Shown here: positions 1-12,637 of the stretch, in pieces
Layout: each line of letters starts with the position of its first letter
How positions within the stretch are numbered: the first letter of the stretch is position 1
Assembly: GCA_964200185.2 (NCBI GenBank)
Contig: CAXNAD020000024.1
Span: 1 to 44,867 of the forward strand
DNA: 44,867 bases
Direction: 5' to 3'
DNA from: Choristocarpus tenellus KU-1152
Lineage: Eukaryota > Protista > Phaeophyceae
Program-made: the position numbers and the translations under genes
The notes under the pieces: generated by a model
What the model was told of the DNA's origin: nothing
The model's input: only the letters and a program-made list of their open reading frames with translations
The model's database searches: none

Positions 1-8
1 AGGGGGTA

Positions 9-1711
9 ATGGGGCCCCTTAGGAGGAGGAGAAACATCCACGACGTCTCCCTACACTTGCGGCATGGGGCTCTATGTGCGAATGAATGTTTACCTATCTG
101 TAGGCACAAGAGGCCTACAGTGATGATGATTGGAGGTGAAGAAGAGGGCGACAAGGATCTGTTTGAGATAGCCGAGCTCCTTCTCAGTCACGTGTGCCAT
201 CCGAATAGAGCATACTGTGCCTAGATCCCTGTTAAGGATATGCTTTTAATTCATGTGTAAAAGAAGATTTTGTAGGATAAATAATCAGTTGGATTATGTT
301 TCGATAACGGGATAATTGATAGGAAAGTTCTCTGTTGAGTAATCATGAGAATATTATCCAGGTTATTATAGTACAACAAGAATCCTAGAAAGGGAAGGTT
401 GTAGCAAGTGACATAGAGAATGAGTGACATGTTATTAGAATATGAATGGTAAGGTGACAAATCCCTTTGAGCTTTGAGGTTCCCTCCTTCCTTTCACCTT
501 CCTTCATGTACAACCTGTTCTGCATAGTAAGGAATTAATTGAGTTACTTTCATACACAAGTCTTAGGAACACCAATTTCTTTAACAACCACTGCCCCTAA
601 GACTCTATGTTACGTTGGAGGGCGTTCGGGAGACCTGGGTGAGGTTCAGGTGTCGCAGGGAACACCTCCGTCAGCTGTTTCAAGTTTGAAGTCATGAACT
701 TCCCGCCTGTGTTCCGTTGCAAGAACGGCAGTCTGTTTACGAGGGATGAGGTTTCCTATTGCTGATTAGGAAGCTGAGATACTCAGGGCGCTTGGTTGAC
801 CTGGAGGAGGAATTCAACATTGAGTACAGTCAACTGAGTCGTCTCTTCAACATGGTCATGGACTGGGTATGGCAGACTCACTGACATCACATCCAGGACA
901 ACCTTGGGTTCTTTGCACCGTTCTTCCCTTAGATGACAGCGGCTATAGAACACAAAGGTGGGGTTGCTGTCTCGAGCATTTCTGTGGCTGTGCAATTTGT
1001 GTTGAAGTCCAGCTGCTTGAGCAGGGCTTGTATTGACACTAGATAGTGCAACATGCTGCTGTCCTGACTTCAAACCCCTTCAAATATGTGCGTTGGCGAC
1101 CATCAAGGAGTTGCCTGCTTGGGACTCTCTATGATCATGGCATTTCTAGACGGGACATTTCAGCGCATGTGCCGCCCGGGTGGGCCCATGGAGCTGGACT
1201 TGCAGCGGGAGGTCTACGACGCCCACAACAGGGCCCATGGGCTTGGGTTCCAGGCTATGGAGTTCCCGGATGGGATGATTGGAGACCTATATGGGCCTAT
1301 GCCTGGTTGCAGGCATGATGCGTACATTTTACGAGAAAGTAGATTAAACCACAGGTTAGCCATGTTGCAGCTGGGGCAGGATTTCCAGTACCAGGTGTAG
1401 GTGATGCAGCGTATCCCGTCCTCTCTCATGTGTCTTGTGGGTTCAGAGGTGCCAATCTCACCCCGACCCAGAAGGCATATAATAGGGAACTATCAAGCGT
1501 GAGGATTTCTGTGGAGTGGGGCTTTGGCAAGGTAGTCCAGATGTACCCTTTTGTAGATTTTAAGAAAAAACTCAAGCTCCTACTACAGCCAGTTGGTATG
1601 TACGATGTAGTTGCAGCCCTGCTGACAAACGACCACACTTGTTTACACGGGTCTCAGACTGGAATTTACTTTGACATGCCGTCTCCTTCACTTGAAGCCT
1701 ACTTTGCTTGA
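9..1711 (+). pseudogene. PIF/Harbinger (HARBI1-like, DDE_Tnp_4) transposase pseudogene
   Basis: Motifs occur in order across stops and frameshifts: VRFRCRREHLRQLF, LLLIRKLRYSGRLVDLEEEF...SQLSRLFN (HTH), FLDGTFQRMCRP (first Asp), QREVYDAHNRAHGLGFQ...PDGMIGDLYGPMPGCRHD, GDAAYP (second Asp) and YNRELSSVRISVEWGFGKV (Glu). The 5' start is uncertain. Confidence 0.93.
230..586. mobile_element. Probable solo LTR (357 bp) inserted in the transposase
   Basis: AT-rich block within GC-richer coding DNA, bounded by TGTTAAGGA...TCTTTAACA (TG...CA, 8/9 inverted match). The 5-bp flanks ATCCC and ACCAC match only 3/5. Removing the block plus one flank gives a continuous reading, HTVPRSLPLRLYVTLEGVRETWVRFR. 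Confidence 0.7.
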
Positions 1712-2026
1712 GGCCTGTCAGTTCGTGTCATGGGGTTGGAGGGAGAGCTGGGGGGAGTGGGACTCGTGTTTCCAATGTTCAGGTTAGGCCACAAGTAGGA
1801 TGTTATATAATAAAAAATAAGCATGTATTGACTCACCTGCACGTTGGGGCACCGTTGGCAGACTATGACTGGAGACAAATCATGGAAACCCTGTTCAACA
1901 TACACCCCCAATTGTTGTTGAGGCAAACAGCAAAAATAATTGCTAAAGTGACCACTAGACATGCTGGTCACCTACAAGCATAGCCCTTAGAGCTCTAGAT
2001 ATACAATTTTGCTATTTTTTTAATAA

Positions 2027-3370
2027 TTAGTTATTTTTTTCTCCGCAAGCAAACGTTGCAACCATGAACGGTACAGAGGCTTCCTCATGCCTTGTCCTAT
2101 ACCTCTGTGCTGACCTCAAAGATGGTTCCAACCACTCCAATTCAGTGCCACAGTTCTGGTTGCGCTTTCCCAGAAGGTCCACCGTTTTCATCATGCTGAC
2201 CATGTCTTTCTGTACCTGGGTGCGGTTTTCCTTGAACTTTGCATCTAAGTCCATTCTTCGAGTCTGTATGGAAAAATTGTCTGCATGCCTTTCGGCATCA
2301 AACTCAATTGTAGCGCTGGTGCTCCTTGCGAAGGGAAAATTCATCCTCTGTGTCTTCTCTTGGAGGGCCAGCTTTTTTTCCTCGAGGCTTTGCTCTGCCT
2401 CAATACTCTCCGGGGTCTGAATCTTACTGCACATGTATTTTGCCATGGTGTCTTCTAGATATATGTCAGCCCTGCCACCAGAGCTACGACTGCTGTTGTC
2501 GCTGCCCGAAGACCGGGAGTCCTTTTTGGCACGCTTTCTGCTCCCAGCAGTAGCCCTGACAGCGTCAATCACCTGTGAGGGGTAGATCGGGCGGGGGAAT
2601 GGTTTTGGTGACCAGTTGCTTGTTGACTTGCAAGCAATGCCAAACTTCACGTACGGAATACAGTACACTCACGATCTGGGTGCCTCTCTTTTATTCTCCT
2701 CATCGGCCAGTCCGGCCTTGCGGGCCCTCTTCTCCTCGACAGTCACTCTCTCCTCCATGTCAGTGTCATTTAGAAGACCTGCAGTTCACCAGGCAGCCCT
2801 TCCCGGTTGCCGCTGACCCATTCTCCGTCCACCTTGTATTTCTGGAACATTGTGACCAGCTTCCTGTACTAATGGATGCACGCCTCGCCGTTGACACCCG
2901 CCAGAGCGAAAGGGGGCTCGTGGATGAGCGCTCTAGCAACACCCTCCCACGCATCACCTTGCTGCCCGTGGACAGCCAAGTGTGGCTTCTAATGTGCAAC
3001 CTGTGCAAAGCCACACAGGGGACAAGGAAGTGAGGTATTTCATGACTTCTAGAGTTTGGCTACCATTGTGCAAGTTGACATGTAAGCGCTCGTCCTATTT
3101 TCTGTAACTTGCTTGCTTCATGAGCTTGATCCACGCATTGATGCCCCATCCTATCTTCTTCTTGCGGTCATGCTCCGCAGCACCAGTTGTGGGAGAGTCA
3201 GAACCCGGACTTTTCTGGGCAGGTGCCATTGGGGAAGGCAGGGGGGCTTGCTGCGGCAAGGGACCTTAGAATCCGGGCACAGATGAACTCAATGCCTTCA
3301 CCTGCATGGCAGGTGCATTATTGAAGCCTGGCCTGGCAAACGCTGCACGGGCAACAGACCCTGCTGCCAT
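2027..3370 (-). pseudogene. Harbinger accessory Myb/SANT-like DNA-binding protein, intron-containing, with in-frame stops
   Basis: The spliced reading KKKIGWGINAWIKLMKQ|VAH*KPHLAVHGQQGDAWEGVARAL...GEACIH*YRKLVTMF matches the Myb/SANT pattern. The intron at 3112-3001 has a GCAAGT donor. A Ser-rich, charged coiled-coil-like C-terminus follows (ORF 2027-2668). Both ends are approximate. Confidence 0.75.
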
Positions 3371-5974
3371 CCCCTCCGTCCTCGGCACCCTTGTACGGTG
3401 TATGAGCTGTGTATACATCTCTGAGGTCATGGTGTTGAGTACAGGAGAGGAATGTCCAGGGAAGGGTCGAAATAGATGGAAGCTAGCACGGGCGACGACA
3501 GACTGCTCTTTCGTCATCGGGGTGCCCACTAACCAAGCTGGAGATAGTTTGAATTTGTTCACCTTCGGGTGGTGTTTCTTGTTTTTTGCATTTTTTCTAG
3601 ATCACAGATGAATTTCATTCTACACATACCAATTTTGTAGTGGATTTTCTTACCACCGTTGGAGAGCACCATAAGAAATTTCATTCGACACAAACATCCT
3701 AATATCACAAGGACTCTTAAAGTTTCACCTCCCTTGGAGTGAGGGTCACAAGACTAGAATGGTATCGTTGATAGTTCTGGGAGACAACACCTCATGATGG
3801 TTTGCTTTGTCCAGCTAGCACTTACATCTGAGGGTGAACAATTCAATGAGTCCATCGTGCCTGTCAACCAAAGTCTACAATACTTTCAACAAGAAAATAC
3901 ACACCACCACCCAGTCTAAACGTATGTGTAATGATATATTATGTACATAGTTTGAAGTCCACCTACACGCAAATGTTGTGAGGGGTCACCATGTATGTTG
4001 AGGGTGTGAAATGAATATGATCCAGTGACCGCACTACCCCTACCCCTACAGCATCAACAGGTTGGCCTTGAACAACCTTGTACATACAAACCTTCACTCG
4101 CCACTAGAAGTATGGGTGATGTGAATGGTAATTGACACCATAATTCTCCATGGGATTTCCATGTAGGTCCGAACAATGTTTTATATCAAGGATTGGTGTT
4201 GAGGTTTCATGACTCATAATCATGCAAATTTGATCTCTTTCATTTGGGTGTTAGTATAATGAATTGTTATTATGAGTGCTCTAACTGGATTATTAATTTT
4301 TTTAGTAACGGGTTTTCCTCTCAGAGACCCTGTTTGACACAAGGACCTTTTCTGTTTTTGTCGGGTGGAACCTGCACTTACTTGGGGAGGGGTAGATAGT
4401 TTCCTTTATTTACTTCTGTGGATACTCGAGGTCAGATATAGGATCATCTTGGCATGACCCAGATAGATTCTTTCTTTTCAGTCAACATTGATTGCTGGAA
4501 TTTCTGCTCTTATCTGAAATTTGTCAGGATGGTCAGGAGCGTATCTACCGACCTACACAACACAGTATACTAAAATATTAGGTAGCTGTGTTGTCTAGCT
4601 CAGTTAGTGGATATATTCCTTTGAGTTTTCAAAAAGAGAGGTTTGAGGATTCTCATCTCACACCTTATCCTTATCTGTGTTGTGGAAGATTAGTCCCCCT
4701 GCCTGCCTGTGTGTACAAAATTGAGGTAGCCTCAGGGTCACCCAACTCGATATCATAGCAGTGAAATTGGTGACCTACTCCCACTCTTTAGGGTTGAGGA
4801 ATATATATATATATATATGGAACCATGGTTGCTTGCATCTATCCACCGTAAGTCTGTGTCTCACCACAGTATGTATCGTTTCTAAATTGTTCATGTCCAG
4901 GATTGTACCCAAATTACTTGGTTGAGCAAGATCCATTTTTCCACCACTGGTTTTCTACAATGTGTGCTGCTGCATCATGAAATGAAAACAATGCACTTGT
5001 GTGTTGTGACTTCTAGCGCTACAAAGTGCTCTATTTTGTTATGGAAAACAATTGTACTTCTGAGGCAGGAAGAGTGGTACCATAATTTCCCTTCTGGGGA
5101 TCGATTGACCCATGTCATGTACAATAACTGCGGTCTGAAACACCGTCAATATACCTATTGTACATAACTTCACAGTCCATTTTACAGAAGCTAAACTAAA
5201 AAGGTATACACTTTATAGCATAGTCTGAGATTGGGTTTTGTGCAAAGGGCATCAATTTGCAAAGTACTTCCCAACTTAACTTGTTCAGAAGTATGACCAG
5301 TTTTAGTATTGTTTGAAAATCACTTTCACCTCCTTCCCACTCTAGAGGGTCATGCAGACACTGTATTCTTTTCATACGAACACTGCAAGCATATGCATTC
5401 TTTCACTTTGCTGAACTTGGGTGATCTGTTACCTCCCATCCAAGCACCAATCTCAAAAATGATGCTCCAAAGCACATGCTGCAAGCCTACTGTGGGAGAG
5501 TCCTCACAGCATTCAACAGACTGTACGTCACAGCGCGTGCAGCATGTATGTATTCAGAGTAAATTACATTTTGCCTGTACTGCTTAACAGGTTGCAGTGG
5601 AAATGTAGTGTTCTTCACAACCAATACCATGCCATAAAATAGCAACACATGGTATCCACTACTGTGCCGCACTATGCAAGAGACAACCATTTCTCTTTGG
5701 GTGATGGTGAAAATCCACATGGTTGTACCATAACATGCCATCAATCATATCACGCCTTTTGTTCTGTCTATCTCTCCTTGAACTATCCCTTGCCAATGTA
5801 TGATTGCTCTACTATAATCCATTCTATGATTTGCCCCTCCGACACAAAGTACTACTTAGTACTAGAATATCCCATTAATATCTTGATCAACTAGTAATCA
5901 TATACTCTAAGATATCCACTCCAGTGTGGAAATACTTGTAAAAGCTTCTGCAGAACAGCATAGGCATCTCTCCT

Positions 5975-6085
5975 TGCATGAATACCTGCACATGGCCATG
6001 AAAAAAATTGGGGCAAAGCTTGCACCATACCCCGCGACACAGCATTGACGGTTCTTGTGACAGACCATGTACAAATAGGGTATTG
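5975..6085 (-). pseudogene. Frameshifted PHD-finger-like remnant, probably transposon-derived
   Basis: YPICTWSVTRTVNAV / VWCKLCPNFFHG / CAGI, read across two frameshifts, fits C-x2-C...C-x2-C-x3-FH-x2-C with the first Cys read as Tyr. Confidence 0.35.
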
Positions 6086-6810
6086 TTTAGACTGGGTTGC
6101 TGGGTACACTATGCAGTGTTTTACTACACCTGATTGAGGAATGTATGGTACAAGTGTACAAGACGACAACACGTATGTAGGGAGTGGTACTTCTGTGACA
6201 TTGAACCAGTTGGATCTCCTCCATAGATAACTGTCTCACACTGAGTCTCTGTCACAAACAGTATATTTACTACATTTGTGCTGACCTGCTGTAATACCCC
6301 ACAGAACCCCAGGTCTAGTTCTGTTTTATCCTGTTAACATCCGTCTACAGTACAGAGTAATGCTTTGCAAAAAGGGTCAACCCTTCAAGAACTCATTAAC
6401 TAGGGGGTAGGTAGTTGAGTGTATAAAGGAAATGGAACATAAGATACTGAGTGGATGGGGTTTTTCCCTCCTTCACGATAGTCCCTGCTTTGCCTGAATA
6501 GTGAGCATTTACATTGTTCAAGACCTTTTTTCTTTCCAGTCATGAAAAGAAGTTGGGGGGGATGTGATTTCATTCTTCACAAATCATGTAATAAGGGCTG
6601 TGTTTCGAATGATTGCTCAATCATCTCAAGAAGAACTGCACTCAGTTTCAAAGGAAACCTGAGCTTGATTTGATCATGACAAAATGACAACTTTGAAGTA
6701 TATATAAGTAATAGAGTATAGTAAGAATTTTGGCATGGCACCCACTAATTTTGATGCTATCATTAAGGAAAATCCTCTCACGTGGAATGCATCCTAGATC
6801 AAATTTCCTT

Positions 6811-6839
6811 TTCTGACCAGGTAGGGCACCTGGTCAGAA
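6811..6839. repeat. Perfect hairpin, 12-bp stem and 5-nt loop
   Basis: TTCTGACCAGGT-AGGGC-ACCTGGTCAGAA. Confidence 0.9.
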
Positions 6840-8681
6840 GTTTATCAAAGTTCAAAGTGAATTAATACCCCCTTTTGTATGTTATCTATAGGAGAAGCAT
6901 TTAGGTGTCATGTGTCTCACTTTTAGTGGAAATTTGCTTTCTCTTGTGCAACCACAAATTGATTGTGGGCAAGGAGGAAAAACAAAGGATTGTAAAATGT
7001 GTGAGCAAGTGCCAGCATTTGTCTGTAAGGTCCTGTAGGGATCAGATTGCAATCAAGTCATGTTTGAATTGGTGCATTAGTTGAGAGCTTTTGTTTGTAT
7101 GGAAGGCTAATTCTGGGGTCCACTCAGTTGAGCAGCGACATCAAGGTAGGAGTCTGATTGGATAACATTTATATTCCAAGAGCTGCCTTATAAAATAGGA
7201 ACATAATACGAGTGAATTCAGGACTTGTAGCAGCAACATAGTCACACTTTAAGTTATTGGATTGGTGTAGGCAGGGTTGATGTTCATTGAGCTAACTTAA
7301 TTGGTCACTTTGGTGAAGAGGTGGACAGCAAGCCACCTTATGTGCCAAGCGGCACTTGTGTTGATTCCTATCCTCAGGCTGAGGTGAAGGGATGGAACTC
7401 AGAATAGGATGTGCTGATGACCCAGGAATACACTAATGAATTCAGCATATGTTTGGACTTCGTATGGATTGCAACACTCAATACAAAGCAGAATGTGTTT
7501 GGGTAGGGCTACAAGTACATGCTGGCATTTAAAATAATTATAATGCTGGATTGACAATAGTCTTGGAGGTCATTCATGAGTTTTTGGTTCAACAGGAACA
7601 TGTGATTTGTTGGGCAGCAGGGGTATGTACAGAGATCTTATCAACCGTACTTCTTGCACTGGGACAGATCATTGGGCCACCATCATGCCATTAATTGGAA
7701 CGAAAATGTGACAGGGGGTACTAGATCATAATGCTACACACATCACATAATCAATATTATGGGCCAAGTTGATTTCCATAAAGTGTCGTAAAGTAGGAGT
7801 ACAAACAAGATACAAGTAACAGTTCATGTTAGTAACCAAACATCCAAAATACAGAGTAAGCAAGCATTTTATATCCTTCTTTAAAGCAACATGGTGGTCA
7901 AGCCCTACTTGTAGCTCATCAGTATGGATAGCCACAGGTACAACTACAGGATCCTTGACTTCACATCCTTTCCTCAGATTTTTTACATGGAGAGATTGTT
8001 CATAGAGGTGTTCAGAGTACAGTTGGCTGTTCTTGATCTACCTCCTTGATCTACCTCTTCAACCTGCAAAAATGGGATCTGCTAAACCTCTTGCCTTTTA
8101 AAAATACAATATCAAATATGATACCCAAGATTTTAAGTAGGGCTTTTTTAGACAAGCTGCTGACTACCTGGAAATTTTCCACTTTTCCCTAAGAAATCAG
8201 CTATGCGTGGAGTGATATGATGTTATGCATTTATCATAAACAACCCAAGAAATACATCAACAGTCATTCTTGTAGTCACACTATACTGCTGATTAAATCA
8301 AAAATCCTCTTAAAATATCATTGTCACCCAATGAAGACATTCCTCAGTAATAATAATAACAAAGGTCACTAAACCACTAATAGTAGAAGCGTGTCAAGTT
8401 CAAAATTAACTTTAATGTTGACCCCTTGTTGTGTACCCTCATCATTGAGAAATTGGCATTGAACTGTAGTTGGACACAGGATAATCTCATCATTCACATT
8501 CAATGATACGCTGAACAAACACATCACTACATGTTGCATGCAGCATCTTGAATTCTATACTTCAAAGGAGTGTTTTGACACTGATAATAATCACCGATAA
8601 AGGAACAGTGGGGTTATCTAGATTGACACATCTGGTCTAGACATAAAACAGACACAATTCTTACTCCTCAGGCATGATATC

Positions 8682-11600
8682 TTAACCTACACGATCAGTT
8701 GATCCAAGCTTGTCATCTTCACCTTCATCTTCGTCTACAAAGTCAGATGTTCCAAATATTTCATCCTCTTCGGCAGAGTCAGACAATCCAATCATGCCAG
8801 GTTGAGGTCCAGGAGAATGTGGTGAGACCACAGTAAGGTTATGATCTTCTTCTTCATCCTCACCCTCCTCTTGTGGAGGATTGTATGGCCCAAGCATGAT
8901 ATCTTCAAGCCTGCTAGAGGAATCTTCACGTCTAGCTTCAGGGAGGCGGACTTCATCCACCAATGCCAAAGGCATGCGCACTTTGCGTCCAGACTTTGTG
9001 ATGATAAGTTCATCAAATGTTCGCTCTACCAGTTTACCTTTGATTAGTCGCTTGTTCTGGAAGGGACCTCCCCTGACAAAGAGAAAGAGGAATGTGTTTC
9101 TATGAGCTCAGTTTAGCACCAACAAAACAAATCAGTACTTACTTACAAAAGAAACAAAAGATAAAGCAGTTATCAACATAACAACAAGATGCTGTCATCA
9201 AGGAAGGGTATGGATGACATAGTACAGTGAGTTGTGCCACACATAAGCCTATCGAATGAAAATAGCATCTTCTGTGTACAATACAATAATAAACATCTTG
9301 AACCAAAAGAAAAAAGTTTTGATTTTTTTCCAAGCACTTTAACATTTTGAGGATTTTCAATATTTCTTTCCACTCACACAACAAAAAGCTTCTATTGCTG
9401 CCTTGGTCTTTGTTTGAAAAATAAATGTGCTATACTTAAAACAAATACATTCAGTCAAGTCCGGTTCCATCTATTCTTGAATACTTTGACCAATCACACA
9501 AAATACATACCAGAGCAACCTCACAAGTTGAGGTAAGTCAATGAGGTAGCCCACACTAACACAAGCTGTTACTCACGTTTTGACTATGACATCGAAGCCC
9601 TTGAATGCCTGGAATTCCTTCTTTGTTGAAAGGATGTTCTTGACACCAGGAGTGGCAACAATGAGCTCATGTCGACCCAAAACATAAAGTTCATCTTCCC
9701 TTTCTTCCAGAGCAAAGTTGACAGCCCTAGCAAGCAAATTACATTTACAGTTACAGGAAGAAGAGGTCAGGACAGACTTCTCCTAGAAAGGACAGGTGCT
9801 CCCTAATCTCACAACCCTATCTATACAGTATCTCACAATCAATCCTATTTACTCAGTACCAAGCTCATGACAAGCAAGAACTACATCTCACTTGATAGTC
9901 TGCATGAGCTGTTTGCTATCCACAGAATCGGCTTCCTCGTCATCTTCAGCAACATCACCTCTTTTGACAGTAACCTCCAGCTTGTGGTAGGTCCACATAA
10001 TATCATGGCACCTAAGACCACTAGCTTCCACTCGGGTACGAATTATTTTTTCTGCCTGGGATTGGAGACAGGTTTAATTTCTAGTTTAGGAATTATACTT
10101 CATCCAGGAAACCTTTTGCTAATAGCATTGTAGATAGATACCACCATCAAATATATGTTATGTCTTCTTACTTCTATAATGGCGACAAAACAGAATATTA
10201 TTGAAATACTCATCACTCTTAAGGAAACCACCAGTCACAGGAAATAAACGCTGAATAGTGCAACATAACATGATGCATTGACTTGCTACCAGCATATGAC
10301 TTGTATGGATCATAAAAATACCTTGGGATATGAAGTCCAAACAACGATTGTGCACGATTCTCTGTACACTTACAACAAAACCAAACTTAGTCACACCTTT
10401 ACCATTACATAAACATATTTCTGGAATCAGAGTAGAGTAATTCAATCAAAGTAGAGTAAAATCCTACAGAAGAAAAACATGATTACATTTCAGAGGGTTG
10501 AAAATGTGCATACCTAATTTGAGTAAAAGTCAAGCCCACTCCTCACAATCAGGTCATTCTGAGTGTCTACCAATTTTGCATAATTCCTTGCAACCCAGCA
10601 CTCTTAATCTCCTACAGCTTACCTCAATCCTCCATGGAGAGTCAGCAGGTTCATCCATGCCCTCGATCTCTCCTGCAACCTCGGGAAATTTCTGATCATG
10701 AGAATGGGTAGGGAGACGGAAAATGACCGTGATTCTTTGCACTCCCTACATCCAACACTCCCGTAGAAAGAAAAACAGAATTTTGAGACCGGAGTTCTTC
10801 TTTTACTAGGTCTTTAAATTGAAGTGATATCTGAAGGCAAGAGAAACATTGGGTACTACGTTTTCATCACATCCTCACATCAAGGTCCTCCTCAGATGGG
10901 ATATCTTCGAGAGGGTTCACATCAGTGCCCTCAAATGGGTCAGCCCCCCCAATGATGTTCCCCCTTCGGTCGACCCGTACCACACCAACATCTGGAAACT
11001 TCTTCAGCACCTATCACAACCATCACCACACTAAATGTGTCAGTATTAGGAATGTCGTTTTTGGCGCACAACTCCTTGCTCTAGATTGGAAACAAATTAG
11101 ATTGCCACTAACCTCTTGAGCAAGCCTTGCTTCCTTTTCTCGCTCTCGGTTGATGTCCTCGATAGTCAACCCTTCTTTTTTCCTCATCTTTCTCCTTCTC
11201 TTACCTCCCCCAGATGGTTGGACCTCAAGCTCATCTCTATTGACATCACCGTTAAGTTCTCCCTCTCTCCCCTTCATTGAAATAATGTCGCCCTCAGCAT
11301 TGTCAGCTTCCTCTATTTCGCCGGCACTGTTCTGCTTGCCAAATGTCATGGCGAGCAACAAATGATTTTTCTAGGGTTAATACACAGATATAAAATTGCT
11401 TGCGAGGTTTCCCAACCAGTCTGCCAGCTCGTATCAACGGGAACACTCACGATCACATATCGACCATAATATCCCCCAGTGCAAGCAAAAGAACTGACCT
11501 GCGTATCATCTACTGGTTCCACCTCGCCAAATATCTTTCCCCCAACATGAAGACGAGTGAGTGAACCATCAGTGGCCTGTGGGCAAGAGCAGTACCCATC

Positions 11601-11856
11601 AAAGCACTCCAAGAATGAAGTGGGTCCCACTTGGAGTCCCCACAGCCTGTAACATCCAAAGAAAGATCCACGCAAGGTTTACCATGGTATTCGCCCAGTG
11701 AAAGTAGAAATGATGCAAACAACTCACCCCCTCGTACCTACAGGACTGTCTGGAGGAACCAACGCTTTGCCGTGGGACAGATATTGTGAAAGCGCTCGCC
11801 CATGGTGCAGTGACAAGCACACAAATCCCAGCCACCCAAATAGTATGCACACTCAT
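8682..11856 (-). CDS. rimP: Plastid-targeted ribosome maturation factor RimP-like protein, 8 exons, about 443 aa
   Basis: Phase-consistent GT-AG exons: 11856-11728, 11576-11499, 11331-11113, 11010-10879, 10691-10623, 10055-9892, 9726-9577, 9072-8682. The N-terminus MSVHTIWVAGICVLVTAPWASAF is a signal peptide plus ASAF motif, followed by a Ser/Arg-rich transit peptide. The core AEKIIRTRVEASGLRCHDIMWTYHKLEVTV...HELIVATPGVKNILSTKKEFQAFKGFDVIVKT...KRLIKGKLVERTFDELIITKSGRKVRMPLALVDEVRLP matches the RimP LEVSSPG...F..F.G..V motif and the Sm-like C-terminal domain. Confidence 0.88.
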
Positions 11857-12637
11857 AGCTGCACACCTAACAGGAAGCAGTAATGTCAGTCATATACCCC
11901 ACTTGTGGTTGCAGTTAATGCATCCAAAACCAACCAAAACACCATTGGGTGCCCAGAGCTCAAGTGATTAGCTCTGGGCTTAAACTTCAAAGTGGTAATT
12001 GTATCCACACAACTCTATATACCTGAGTTATATTCTGGACCAGGAGTTAAATAGACGGAGTGATCTGCGTGGACCTAGAGACAGGTCTGGGGGTTAACCT
12101 GGTTTATAATCTAGATGGCTCGAAACCGATTCTTTTACCACATAATTTACCCCAGGCGGTGTGGGACTCGGTCTGGTTTATGATCTCGATGACCCTGGCT
12201 GGACCAGTCCCGTTCAACCATCCCTTTAAAACATTTATTTTTATGATAGTATCACATGTAGTGTAAAAAAGGAAAATTGAAATTGAAAGATGAAAGGTCC
12301 AACTATAAGGCAGTAGTAGTCCTAGAATATCGAAAATAATTTAAGTACTTCGGAAGTATAATCTGAAGTGTCTTTGATTGACCCACCAAAACATGCGAAC
12401 ATGCGACAAGGACTCGTTCATAAACAGGGGCACTTGGTAATCTGAATGATCCAGGTAGTTGATGTGGATAGGTATGATGAGAAAGGTGCTCTAGCTACAT
12501 TAAATGCACCTGATTGATGGGCATGCCTCTTCGGGATAAGTATGGTAGCTGCTCCAGGTCCATCTGGTACAGGCTTGGTCATACCTGTAGGTCTGTGTGT
12601 ATTTCCTCAATCATCTTAATCATGTTATGTAAGGGCC

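Larger units (their letters stand above)
1..3671. mobile_element. Degenerate PIF/Harbinger DNA transposon (left end probably outside the window)
   Basis: A DDE_Tnp_4-type transposase (+) converges on a Myb/SANT-like gene (-), the typical two-gene Harbinger layout. The candidate right end ...CCGTTGGAGAGCACCA|TAA at about 3656-3674 resembles Tourist/PIF termini followed by a TAA target site; this end is tentative. Confidence 0.85.

Noticed and set aside
4590-4660. TAGCTCAGTTAGT A-box-like sequence suggesting a tRNA
   Set aside because: There is no cloverleaf or proper GGTTCGA B-box; at most it is a decayed SINE head.
7980-8686. Possible extra RimP terminal exon (donor 8686, acceptor 8064)
   Set aside because: Splicing gives the same ...DRVG* end, so the protein is unchanged, and it cannot be tested without transcripts.
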